Below are positions 16,054 to 24,886 of a stretch of 44,670 bases of DNA, piece after piece; within the stretch, counting starts at the first letter, position 1, and each line of letters opens with the position of its first letter. The position numbers and the translations under genes are program-made. The notes beneath the pieces are model-generated. The model saw only the letters and a list, made by a program, of their open reading frames with translations, did no database searches and was not told the DNA's origin. Source of the DNA: a virus (lineage: Duplodnaviria; Heunggongvirae; Uroviricota; Caudoviricetes); the IMG/VR virus record IMGVR_UViG_3300031867_003838, positions 1-44,670 of that record, one strand, 5' to 3'.

Positions 16054-18855
16054 TGAAGAGTTTTATAATGAGTATGGAGTATTTATAAAGCCAGTTACAT
16101 ACCCTATGTCAAGTAAAAAGATAGATGGGTTTATTGAGATAGCTAAGATCCAAAAGTATTTTCAATGTAATCCAGTAAAGTTTATTGACATCATGTTCAA
16201 TATTGAATTGCTTGATGCTCAGGCACTGATCGTGCAACGCTCCTTTTTTACTAAGGTCGTATGTTGCGTTTGCTCGCGCGGAATCGGAAAGAGCACAGTT
16301 ATTGATTTGGAGCTGATGGCAAAAGATATGTTGTTTAGCAACTTATGGACATATATAGCTAGTGGTTCTGGTTCTCAAGCTGAACAAACATTTCTAACTT
16401 TGGAGAGGTTGGCAAATGATAATATAGAAACTTTTCAGGGTTCAACTGGGAAGATCTTTAAGAATGAACTGGTGATTAAGAATGCAACCGGTGATGGGTT
16501 TTCACATAACCCAAATGGTTTTACTTATGAGACATATAATGGGTCTGCTACATGGACTCTAAATAGTAATGTAGATAAGAAAAGAGGTAAATCACAACAC
16601 CACGTAAGCCTCGCCTGCCAGAAATGGCAGGATTATTTATTTAGTGCGGAAGAAATCTGGAATGCTGGAATGCGAACCAGAGTGGAAGGCCAACAACAAC
16701 ATGTTGGCCACACGCAGAGCGTAGAGATTGAAACTGTGTTACAGAATATAACATCTCCAAGAGTCCGCGCCCCTAAACGTTAAGACGTAGGTGAAAAGGT
16801 ACGCCGAACTTATGCGAAGGATAAGCATAAGATGTGGAGGATAAAAAGCTTCCACGGTAACATGATTGATGCGTGGTTCTGTTATATACGATGAAGCGCA
16901 GCACTTGGACGAAAATCTTATAAATGTGTACGATGCATTCGCGATTGTTGATAAAAACTTAAAGACTGGTAAGGATGAGAGTGGTCGTTCTATTGATCCG
17001 ATTAGACAAAGAACATTTGCCACCAATATTCCAAACCAGAGATTCTATATTGGAAGCGCAAGTTCTGTAGATATGCGTTTTTATAAGATATATAGGGATG
17101 CCGCCAAGAAGCAAATTGAGGGTGATCCTGATTATTGTGTATTACATATTGATTGCGAGCAAGCGTTTCACCCGACATTACATGGTGAAACCATTGCTCC
17201 GCTTTTGCAGAAGTCTCAAGTCGAAGCAGAAATGCGAATAAACCCCGAAAAGGCAAAACATATAAATGCGAATACAATGCGAAGTATTTATATTTACCGT
17301 CTATGAATAAGTCAGATATTTCATAGATTATTATTGAGGAATTAAACTGGGAAGCCCTTTGCTAGGGTAATCAGAGAGTGAAGGCTGTTGCTAAAACAAT
17401 AGTCAACCGCAACGCATAGAAAGTGAACCTGGTATTGAGATGTATCAGAATATAATCTTTCCACGAGTCCTCAACCCCGCTGATATAATATGCAGAGTAT
17501 TATGGGGAATAGATATGCTGAGCTAAATTGTAATGATTTAGATATCAAGATAAAAAGCTTGATGATAACAAATCTGAAGAAGGGAATATTATTGCATTTT
17601 TACAACCGAAGCTGGGACTGATGCCATTATTAAACGTGGTGTTATTACACGGAACGAAGAGACGAGAAGTCCATTACTGTATAATGATACAGGAGACAAG
17701 AAGTTTATTCTTGCATACGACCCTGCAAGAAGTTATGACAATTCTGTTATAACGGTATTAGAAGTTTATGAGGTTGAACAAGTAGATGGCAGTAAAGATT
17801 TGCGTGCAAGAATTGTCAATTGTGTAAATCTTATGGACGTAGGGAAGAAGACAAAAACTCCGATGCAAACGCCGGATCAAGTAAAGTATCTCAAACAGAT
17901 GATACTTGATTATAATGGCGGAGCTGATGCATATGGCAACATTGTTGCCGTTGTTATTGACGCGGGTAGTGGTGGAGCAGGCGTAAATATAGCCGACTAT
18001 CTGATGGAAGATTGGGAAACTACTGATGGTATAGTACATCGTGGTTTGATAGATCGAGAATATTCAAAAGATTATGTCTCTCGTTTCCCGAACGCAGTTG
18101 ACAAAATTAAGCTATTATCACCAAGTGCTTATAAGTCAGTTATCTATGAATCAATGATAGAAATGTTAAACCAAGACAAAGTTAGTTTTACGGCGTCTTA
18201 TGACAATAAAGGATACCTTACTATTTTTGATGTAGATAATGAACTTATGGCTAGGGAGAAAGAACGTATTATTGCTGAGTTGAAAAAGAAAAAACTTAAC
18301 CAAATAGATTTTGAGGACAAACTCCATGAAGAACTAAGTAAGATTCAATCTGTTAACACAAAGATAGTTAAATTGGATTGGAAGGAAGAACTTGCTTTGG
18401 CAAATATAGACGCTTTAAAAGAAGAAGTTGTGAGTATGGTTCGTAAGCGACGCGAGACTAAAGATAGTTTTGAGCTATCACCAGAGAAAGCCAACAGAAT
18501 GCATAAACGTCATTGTGCCTATGCGGCATAATACATAATCCGCATAGTAAACCCGATCTGATTGACTTGGAAACCCAGAAGTGGGCAACAGGGCGCAAGT
18601 TTAAATACAGCGTGAACGACTGAGCGATTGGGGATCACTTCGGTGATTGTGCGACAGTCTGGACTCATACTATAACAAAATGAAATATGAGATTAACAAA
18701 GGGATGACAGAAGCTATACGCTCGCAATGGCATCATGGTGTTTGGCAGAAGAACGCCGCAAACTTATTCTCAACAAGAAACCAAAGCAGGATCCGAAGGA
18801 TCTCGCGAAGCAGTTGATTATCCGTCGTGGTAGTTATGCTGGAAAGATTATATAA
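16028..18855 (+). CDS. terL: Terminase large subunit; exons 16028-16588, 16869-17254, 17577-18504 and 18703-18855 (about 675 aa spliced)
   Basis: Walker A SRGIGKS; Walker B restored across the first junction (KKRG|MRGSVIYDEA); NPEKA|RREYYCIF; nuclease YDPARSYDNS, VIDAGSGG and MH|DDRSY restored by splicing. Confidence 0.9.
16589..16868 (+). mobile_element. Group I intron terL-1 (280 nt, ORF-less)
   Basis: Exon ends GAGGU and pairs with IGS GCCUC; P10 ACCACGUA/UGCGUGGU; P7 GCGUA/UACGC; terminal G. Confidence 0.88.
17255..17576 (+). mobile_element. Group I intron terL-2 (322 nt, ORF-less); boundaries could alternatively be 17262-17583
   Basis: P7 GCAUA/UAUGC; shares GAAUAUAA..UCCA.GAGU and GAUAAAAAGCUU...UAACA segments with terL-1; excision restores NPEKARREYYC. 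Confidence 0.82.
18505..18702 (+). mobile_element. Group I intron terL-3 (198 nt, ORF-less)
   Basis: P1 GCAU/GUGC; P10 GUCAUU/GAUGAC; P7 GACUG/CAGUC; excision restores the HDDR nuclease motif. Confidence 0.88.
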
Positions 18856-18958
18856 ATATACAAGTTAAGTCAGAAATATGAGATCGCAATCGCGGCCTTA
18901 TTTTTTTATGTCTATATGTTAGTGTATGCTAACTATAATTAGAACTGGAGGTGCATGA

Positions 18959-20488
18959 ATGGCACAAGCTAAATCCGGTGCTAATGCACCAATGACAGCT
19001 GCAGAGATGCAGCAATGGATTAAGGACCATGAGAAGCAACTGAAAAACTACGCTGCCATTATGGATCCAATTAAACTTCGGGATGTTACGAAAGGAACTT
19101 CCCGTAGAATTGATTCGCTGACAAAAGACAAGATCGTTACTTATCTGAAGGAACCTATCAAGTATGAGAAGCAGCTACGTAACGCTTCTTATTATATCTT
19201 CTACAGAAGTCAGATATATCAGCGGATCGTAATGTATTACGCGACACTCTTCTGCTTGGACGCTAGGACTGTCATTCCAAATTACGATTTGATTAAGACT
19301 CCGTCCGATCAGGATATACTGAAACAGTTTAACGACACAACGAAAATGCTGAGTAAATGGAATATCAATGCTGAGTTTTTGAAAGTTATTGTAACCTGCT
19401 TCCTACAGGATGTCAGTTACAATTGTGCATATTATGACGAGACAGGATTATTCCTTTTACCACTGCCGCCCGACTACTGCAGAATCTATGGCCAGTATCA
19501 AACGTCTGACTATTCATTTTGCGTGGACATGAGCTACTTCAACGGAAAGAACAAGTGGTTCATTGACGAGTGGGGCGAGCCGTTCACGAGTATGTTCAGA
19601 GAGTACGAGACGACCAGAAACAAATGGGTGCGCATGCCAGATAAGTATGCTGCCTGTTGGAAGGTCAGATCTTATGATTTGGAAACTATTCTCCCACTCT
19701 TCTGTGGATTACTCGGTGACTTGATAAATCTTGGGGACATCCAGGACGTGCAGAATATAGCGGATCAGGCAGAGATATATAAACTTGTATATCTCAAGCT
19801 AAAGACTATTACCGGCGCGAAGATGCCAGACGAGTGGGCTATTAATCCGGCGTCTGCAATGGAGTATTTCTCTAGGTTAATCAATGAAGCGTTACCAGAC
19901 TATGTCTCAGCTGCCATTATCCCTACGAATGATGACTTGGGTGTAATTGACTTTTCGAACACGGATAAGGCAACAGAGACAAACAAAGTACTTAAAACTA
20001 CAAAAGCTGTCCTTAACACGTCTGGCGGTGCTCAGATACTGAACAGTGCTGACATAACCGGAAGTACTGCTTTCAATGCTACGCTCATCGCAGATACGGA
20101 ATTTGCGACTAATCCCCTACTCTATGAGATTGAAGGATGGTTCAACAGGATCATGCAATACTGCGTGAGTAAACCTGCGCAGATTAAGTTCTTCAGGACG
20201 GGCAGACTCATCCTCGACACATTCAGAAAGAATCTGCTTGAGGACGCGCAGTATTCATTGCCGACAAAGCTGGCGATCATGTCGATCAACGGGATTGATC
20301 CGATGCAGGCGTTGTCACTGAACCATTTGGAAGAAGACATATTGAAACTTGGAGACAGGTTTAATGATCCGCTTAGGTCTAGCTATACGTCGTCTGGTAA
20401 TGACGAAGGCGGTAGACCTACACTCGACGATGATCAAATCTCGGACTCGGGTGAGTCTAGTCGTCAAAAATCGGACAAAGCTAATTAA
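18959..20488 (+). CDS. Portal protein (SPbeta YonE-like)
   Basis: 509 aa, directly after TerL; acidic C-terminus with GGRP; SD GGAGGTG. Confidence 0.78.
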   Translation: MAQAKSGANAPMTAAEMQQWIKDHEKQLKNYAAIMDPIKLRDVTKGTSRRIDSLTKDKIVTYLKEPIKYEKQLRNASYYIFYRSQIYQRIVMYYATLFCLDARTVIPNYDLIKTPSDQDILKQFNDTTKMLSKWNINAEFLKVIVTCFLQDVSYNCAYYDETGLFLLPLPPDYCRIYGQYQTSDYSFCVDMSYFNGKNKWFIDEWGEPFTSMFREYETTRNKWVRMPDKYAACWKVRSYDLETILPLFCGLLGDLINLGDIQDVQNIADQAEIYKLVYLKLKTITGAKMPDEWAINPASAMEYFSRLINEALPDYVSAAIIPTNDDLGVIDFSNTDKATETNKVLKTTKAVLNTSGGAQILNSADITGSTAFNATLIADTEFATNPLLYEIEGWFNRIMQYCVSKPAQIKFFRTGRLILDTFRKNLLEDAQYSLPTKLAIMSINGIDPMQALSLNHLEEDILKLGDRFNDPLRSSYTSSGNDEGGRPTLDDDQISDSGESSRQKSDKAN

Positions 20489-20545
20489 TACCGGCGATCA
20501 ACAGGTGATCGTCGCTACCGAATAATAGTTATTCGTAAATGAGTA

Positions 20546-20574
20546 GAGGTAGTGCCGAAGCACTACCTCGTTTT
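20546..20574. terminator. Probable bidirectional terminator between the portal gene and antisense peptide 1
   Basis: GAGGTAGTGC-CGAA-GCACTACCTC then GTTTT on +; the loop reads c(UUCG)g on -. Confidence 0.75.
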
Positions 20575-20590
20575 AAATTGTACGTGCAGT

Positions 20591-20650
20591 TTATCTGCGA
20601 CGAACCTTTACCCGCACAGTAGTGCGAATTTTAACCGTGACTTTAGCCAT
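20591..20650 (-). CDS. 19-aa cationic beta-strand peptide MAKVTVKIRTTVRVKVRRR
   Basis: SD AGGGAGGG 8 nt before ATG; own promoter and terminator; paralogue directly upstream. Confidence 0.8.
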   Translation of the reverse strand: MAKVTVKIRTTVRVKVRRR

Positions 20651-20729
20651 GGCGTCCACCCTCCCTTCTATATGCAGATTGCGGCAGTTGGTCTACCGCT
20701 CACTTTTGAGAAGGGAGTCGTACAATTGT

Positions 20730-20758
20730 ATTATACGGTGGACGTCACAAGACGTCAA
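20730..20758 (-). promoter_or_regulatory. Sigma-A promoter for peptide 1
   Basis: Minus strand TTGACG-17 nt-TATAAT. Confidence 0.85.
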
Positions 20759-20793
20759 TAAAGAAATGGCAGTGAGTGGACACTGCCATTTCT
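20757..20793 (-). terminator. Terminator of the peptide-2 cassette
   Basis: Perfect 13-bp stem AGAAATGGCAGTG/CACTGCCATTTCT followed by TTATT on -; abuts the next -35 box. Confidence 0.75.
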
Positions 20794-20802
20794 CCGCGCA
20801 GA

Positions 20803-20886
20803 TTATCCGCGCTTTTTGGTGGTCTTGATACGTACCTTGACTTTCGTCTTGGTGCGTACCTCAACCTTGATATGAGTTTTAATCAT
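20803..20886 (-). CDS. 27-aa cationic beta-strand peptide MIKTHIKVEVRTKTKVKVRIKTTKKRG
   Basis: SD AAGGAGGG 7 nt before ATG; own promoter and terminator. Confidence 0.82.
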   Translation of the reverse strand: MIKTHIKVEVRTKTKVKVRIKTTKKRG

Positions 20887-20946
20887 ATCTTTGCCCTCCT
20901 TTCCACCGTCACTCAAAGGCAACGAGTTGGTTAGGAGGATAAAGAT

Positions 20947-20975
20947 ATAATAAACCACAAACACCGTGGTGTCAA
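20947..20975 (-). promoter_or_regulatory. Sigma-A promoter for peptide 2
   Basis: Minus strand TTGACA-17 nt-TATTAT. Confidence 0.8.
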
Positions 20976-21060
20976 TTACAACTAAATATTGTTTAAATCA
21001 TGACCGCAATCGTAATGGTTGAGGTCAAATATTTTTACCTCAAGTAAAAAGGGTGATCAA

Positions 21061-21237
21061 ATGGATAAACCGAATTATATAAGGACACAGGATGCGGAAA
21101 CCGCCGAGAAGCTCAAGCAGCTAGGATTTGTTCTTCTGTCTGAGCACAATGGCATTTTCACATTCCTGAATAATATTAAAGATAGAGCAGGCTTCAGCGG
21201 ACTGATTGTGACTCACACGAATAAGCTGGAGTTCTGA
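21061..21237 (+). CDS. Small hypothetical protein (58 aa)
   Basis: SD AAGGGTGA before ATG 21061; 3' part of the tracked 21019 ORF. Confidence 0.7.
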   Translation: MDKPNYIRTQDAETAEKLKQLGFVLLSEHNGIFTFLNNIKDRAGFSGLIVTHTNKLEF

Positions 21238-21252
21238 TCAGGAGGTTGAATT

Positions 21253-22869
21253 ATGACGGCAAATGATTTTAAAACCGTTGTAACCACTCCATCATGTTTC
21301 AAAGTTGAAGATAGTTCTATAGATGATAGGTTCTGCCGTGTAAGGATAGCTTGTATGCACTCAGGCGAGAATCTGAATCATTCATCTTTCTCGACGGATG
21401 TTATCAGAAAGGCGAAGGATTCTTTTAAGAACATCCCAATACTTGCTAATGTCGTGACTTATACAGATGAGAACGGCAGAGAACATCTTGATTATGGAGG
21501 CCACGACACTTTCATCGAAGAGGATAAATTTAAAGAAGGACAATACAGATTGATCTACGAAGAAAGAGTTGTTGGTATTGTACCTGAAACGAATAACTTT
21601 GAAATTGTACATGATGATGAGACTGGTAATGATTTTGTGTATGTCGACAGTCTTCTATACACTGAGTACGGAAATTATTGTGTCGACATTCTTGAGGCGC
21701 GTGGCGGTGTTACATCGGTCAGCGCCGAGATATTCACGGATGTTATTTCTTATGATGCAGCTCGTGAAGTAGTGGTTGTAGATAAGATGCGGATGTCAGG
21801 TATAACCCTCTTGGGCGAAAACGTTATGCCAGCTATGAAGGGTGCTAATGCACAGGTATTCTCTATCAATAAAGAAGATCTGCAATCCCAAATGATTAAG
21901 CTGATGAGCGAGTTAAAAGATTCGCTTGACAGAATATATAATGCCGCCAATACAGGCGAGACTTCTGAGAAAGGAGGAAACCATAACGTGAAGTTTGAAG
22001 AATTGTTAGAACAGTATGGAATTACTGCTGAGGATGTGACTTTTGAATATGATGGTCTTTCTGATGAAGAGCTCGAAGCAGTATTCGCAGAGCATTTTAC
22101 TCAGCCAGAAGAAGATCCCGCAGGGGCGGCGGGACCTGAAGCAGCTGAAGAAGATGGTGCGGCTGATAATGAAGATGAGACTGGCGATGAAGGCGAGGAC
22201 GAAGTTGAAAAGGAGTTTGAGTCTGCTGAAGATGAGACAATCGAACATCCCGAAGACGGTGAATCCGTCCATATGTCAGTATCATATAAAGATAAAGTAA
22301 CAGAGTTTAGTGTATCTCTGAAGAATAAGCTTACAGCATTATATCAGCTTGTGAATGATACATATGCGGATGACTGTACATGGTACGACGTTGATGTTTA
22401 TGAAGAAACTCATCATGTAATCATGGTTGACATGGCGTCTGGCCGCGGTTACAAGCAGAGCTATAAAGTTAAGAAGGATGTCTATACTCTGGTCGGTGAC
22501 CGCGTTGAAGTATTTGCACAGTGGCTTACCGCCGATCAGATTAGTGCACTTGACAGGATGAAGTCAGAATATGCTGAAGCTACTGAGAAGCTGAATCACT
22601 ATGAAGAGGAACCGAAGAAGATGGAGATCCTGAGTTCTGAGGACTACTCTCTCATTGCAGATAACGAAGCATTTGTTGATCTGATGAAACCGGAGAATCA
22701 TTTCAGTCTTAGCATTGATGAGGTCACACAGAAGGCAGATTCGATTCTTACCGAAGCTGCTAAGAAACGTCAGTTCTCAGTTGAGGATTATAACCATGGA
22801 GTGAAACCATTTGCTACTTCTAGTAAGAAGGAAAAGAGATTTGGTTCACTGTTTGATGGAATTATTTAA
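21253..22869 (+). CDS. Prohead protease/scaffold fusion (SPbeta YonD-like)
   Basis: N-terminal domain (MHSGENLNHS, IPILA, SVSAEI, GITLLG...PAM), acidic linker and helical C-terminus; located between portal and capsid genes. Confidence 0.72.
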   Translation: MTANDFKTVVTTPSCFKVEDSSIDDRFCRVRIACMHSGENLNHSSFSTDVIRKAKDSFKNIPILANVVTYTDENGREHLDYGGHDTFIEEDKFKEGQYRLIYEERVVGIVPETNNFEIVHDDETGNDFVYVDSLLYTEYGNYCVDILEARGGVTSVSAEIFTDVISYDAAREVVVVDKMRMSGITLLGENVMPAMKGANAQVFSINKEDLQSQMIKLMSELKDSLDRIYNAANTGETSEKGGNHNVKFEELLEQYGITAEDVTFEYDGLSDEELEAVFAEHFTQPEEDPAGAAGPEAAEEDGAADNEDETGDEGEDEVEKEFESAEDETIEHPEDGESVHMSVSYKDKVTEFSVSLKNKLTALYQLVNDTYADDCTWYDVDVYEETHHVIMVDMASGRGYKQSYKVKKDVYTLVGDRVEVFAQWLTADQISALDRMKSEYAEATEKLNHYEEEPKKMEILSSEDYSLIADNEAFVDLMKPENHFSLSIDEVTQKADSILTEAAKKRQFSVEDYNHGVKPFATSSKKEKRFGSLFDGII

Positions 22870-22895
22870 TTGAATATAGAAACATAACTTTTGAA

Positions 22896-22943
22896 GAGCC
22901 TAGTACCGTCGGGAGACGTTGCCATGATGGCTCTTATTTTTTT
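22896..22943 (+). terminator. Possible terminator-like hairpin
   Basis: GAGCC...CGTC-GGGA-GACG...GGCTC followed by TTATTTTTTT. Confidence 0.45.
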
Positions 22944-23003
22944 GCACTTTTTCAATTCTGACTTATGCGTTAAGCGATCACAAATATATGAAGGAGATAG
23001 ATT

Positions 23004-24167
23004 GTGGGATTATTATCACAGGAAGAAGTAGAGAAAAGATTCAATGATATATACTATGATGATTTTGACATTATAGGCCATTACACAGGATGCAAGAATA
23101 AAATCAAAATACGTTGTAATAAATGTGGGTATGAATTCTACAGACATGCTGGAGATTTGTGGAGAGGAACTTTATCTTGCCCAAATTGCGGAGATGGTTG
23201 CAAAGGTTCCAACTCTCTGTATGTCGGTATAAATGATTTATGGACGGCTCGCCCAGATATAGCTAAGTTATTAGCAAATCCAGAAGATGGTTATAAATAT
23301 TCTTACAGCACTCATTTTAAACTAGATTTTGTTTGTCCAGATTGTGGGTCAATTGTTAATAAGAGACCAAGAGATTTATTTGGTCAGAATAATAATTTTC
23401 GTTGCGAGTATTGTTCAGATGGGTATCCATATCCAGAAAAATTTATTAGATCTCTATTAGATCAATGTGGTATTGAATATACTTATCAGTTTAGTTCTAA
23501 GGACGCCGAATGGTGTAAGGGATATAGGTACGATTTTTGTTTACTTGGTAATAATATACTTTTAGAAGTAAATGGGTTACAGCATTATAGTGCTAATCAC
23601 AAGTTCTTTAAATCATTGGAGGAACAACAAAGTATAGACAAAGCAAAGAAGGATTTGGCAAATAAACATGGGTATATGGTTATAGAAATAGATTGTAGCG
23701 AATCATCTATAGAATATATTCGTGATTCTGTACTTCAAACAGAACTCAATACTATCTTCGATCTATCTCAAGTAGATTGGAATCTATGTGGAGCATTTGC
23801 AATTAGATCAATTTCAAATTTAGTGTGTTCTAAATGGGATGGTGATTATTCATCTGTTGAGAAGATTGCCAATGATCTTCATATTAATGTTGTAACTGCT
23901 GTCAAGTATTTAACTGAAGGATCGTCAATTGGTTTATGTGATTTTGACAGGGATGTATATACACAATATATGAAAGATCTTCATTATAAACATATGGCAT
24001 TGAATAGACATAAGCCAATTAAATGTGTAGAAACAGGCAAGATATATAATTCATTTGCTGAGATCAGAAGAATTGAAAATATGTTTATACAAGGAAATGT
24101 TGTAGATAACCCAAACAGAAAAGCTTATGGCTGTCATTGGGTTTACACAGATGAGGAAGCGTCGTAA
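23004..24167 (+). CDS. Free-standing putative homing endonuclease (Zn ribbons plus Vsr-like/PD-(D/E)xK domain)
   Basis: CNKC/CPNC, CPDC/CEYC; YRYDF...ILLEVNGLQHY; C-terminal KPIKCVETGKIYNS (NUMOD-like); AT-rich; GTG start with SD AAGGAG. Confidence 0.78.
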   Translation: MGLLSQEEVEKRFNDIYYDDFDIIGHYTGCKNKIKIRCNKCGYEFYRHAGDLWRGTLSCPNCGDGCKGSNSLYVGINDLWTARPDIAKLLANPEDGYKYSYSTHFKLDFVCPDCGSIVNKRPRDLFGQNNNFRCEYCSDGYPYPEKFIRSLLDQCGIEYTYQFSSKDAEWCKGYRYDFCLLGNNILLEVNGLQHYSANHKFFKSLEEQQSIDKAKKDLANKHGYMVIEIDCSESSIEYIRDSVLQTELNTIFDLSQVDWNLCGAFAIRSISNLVCSKWDGDYSSVEKIANDLHINVVTAVKYLTEGSSIGLCDFDRDVYTQYMKDLHYKHMALNRHKPIKCVETGKIYNSFAEIRRIENMFIQGNVVDNPNRKAYGCHWVYTDEEAS

Positions 24168-24211
24168 CGACGTTTATTTTTTTGCAAAAAATTACAAGGA
24201 GGAATTAAGAC

Positions 24212-24865
24212 ATGAGCTACATGCATTTGAAATTTTCGGTGGACCAGCATGCAACAGCTTTGCCGTCTAACATGCTCGCACAGCGGTATGCAGGCCATCT
24301 GTACAATATTCAGCTTACGTCTGATTGTGACAATGGCAATCTTGTAGCCGTTGGACCATGGATCGATTTTGATGTATTTGAGGAAGCAGAAGCTTCTGAG
24401 TTTGACGGTGAAATTGTTCAGCAGATGCCGAATGGAAATTGGCTTGTTCTTGTATACGACGCAAAAGGAGCTAAGCTCGTATATCAGACCCCACTTACCG
24501 GATACGAAAGTCCGAGAGAACTGCTGAAAGAATCCGCTTTTTATAACAAGGCAGGAGACATCGTACGCTGCTATGACATAGCTCCTTATGATAGGTTTGA
24601 GGCGTCTGATCTTGCATTCGAGGGAGAACCCGAAGTTGGTGCAAAGATCAAGAGCATCAAAAACAAGAAGATGGTTATTGCTGCTTCTGGTGAAGGTCAA
24701 GGTCAGGGCGCTGATCCTACACCGACAGTCACATATGAAGCAGTTGCATCCCCGACTGGCAATCCGTCCACGTCTGGATATTACGAACTGGTAGAGGGCG
24801 CTTACGTTGCTTCTACCGACACAGAAGTTGATCCGACTAAGACATATTATGTCGTAAAAGCTTGA
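24212..24865 (+). CDS. Putative capsid decoration/cement protein
   Basis: Directly upstream of the major capsid gene; flexible linker and C-terminal TYEAV...GYYE...TKTYY module. Confidence 0.6.
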   Translation: MSYMHLKFSVDQHATALPSNMLAQRYAGHLYNIQLTSDCDNGNLVAVGPWIDFDVFEEAEASEFDGEIVQQMPNGNWLVLVYDAKGAKLVYQTPLTGYESPRELLKESAFYNKAGDIVRCYDIAPYDRFEASDLAFEGEPEVGAKIKSIKNKKMVIAASGEGQGQGADPTPTVTYEAVASPTGNPSTSGYYELVEGAYVASTDTEVDPTKTYYVVKA

Positions 24866-24886
24866 TAGGAAAGGAGGTAAGAAAAG

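Noticed and set aside
16589-16783. C-terminal extension of the tracked 16007-16783 ORF, and similar read-ins at 17255-17306, 18505-18531, 27860-27958, 41792-41828 and 42396-42441
   Set aside because: These are translations into intron sequence; the conserved protein motifs resume only after the predicted 3' splice sites.
18885-21012. CGCAATCG motif upstream of the portal gene and of the head module as a possible YonO late promoter
   Set aside because: Only two 8-nt matches; not distinguishable from chance without genome-wide motif analysis.
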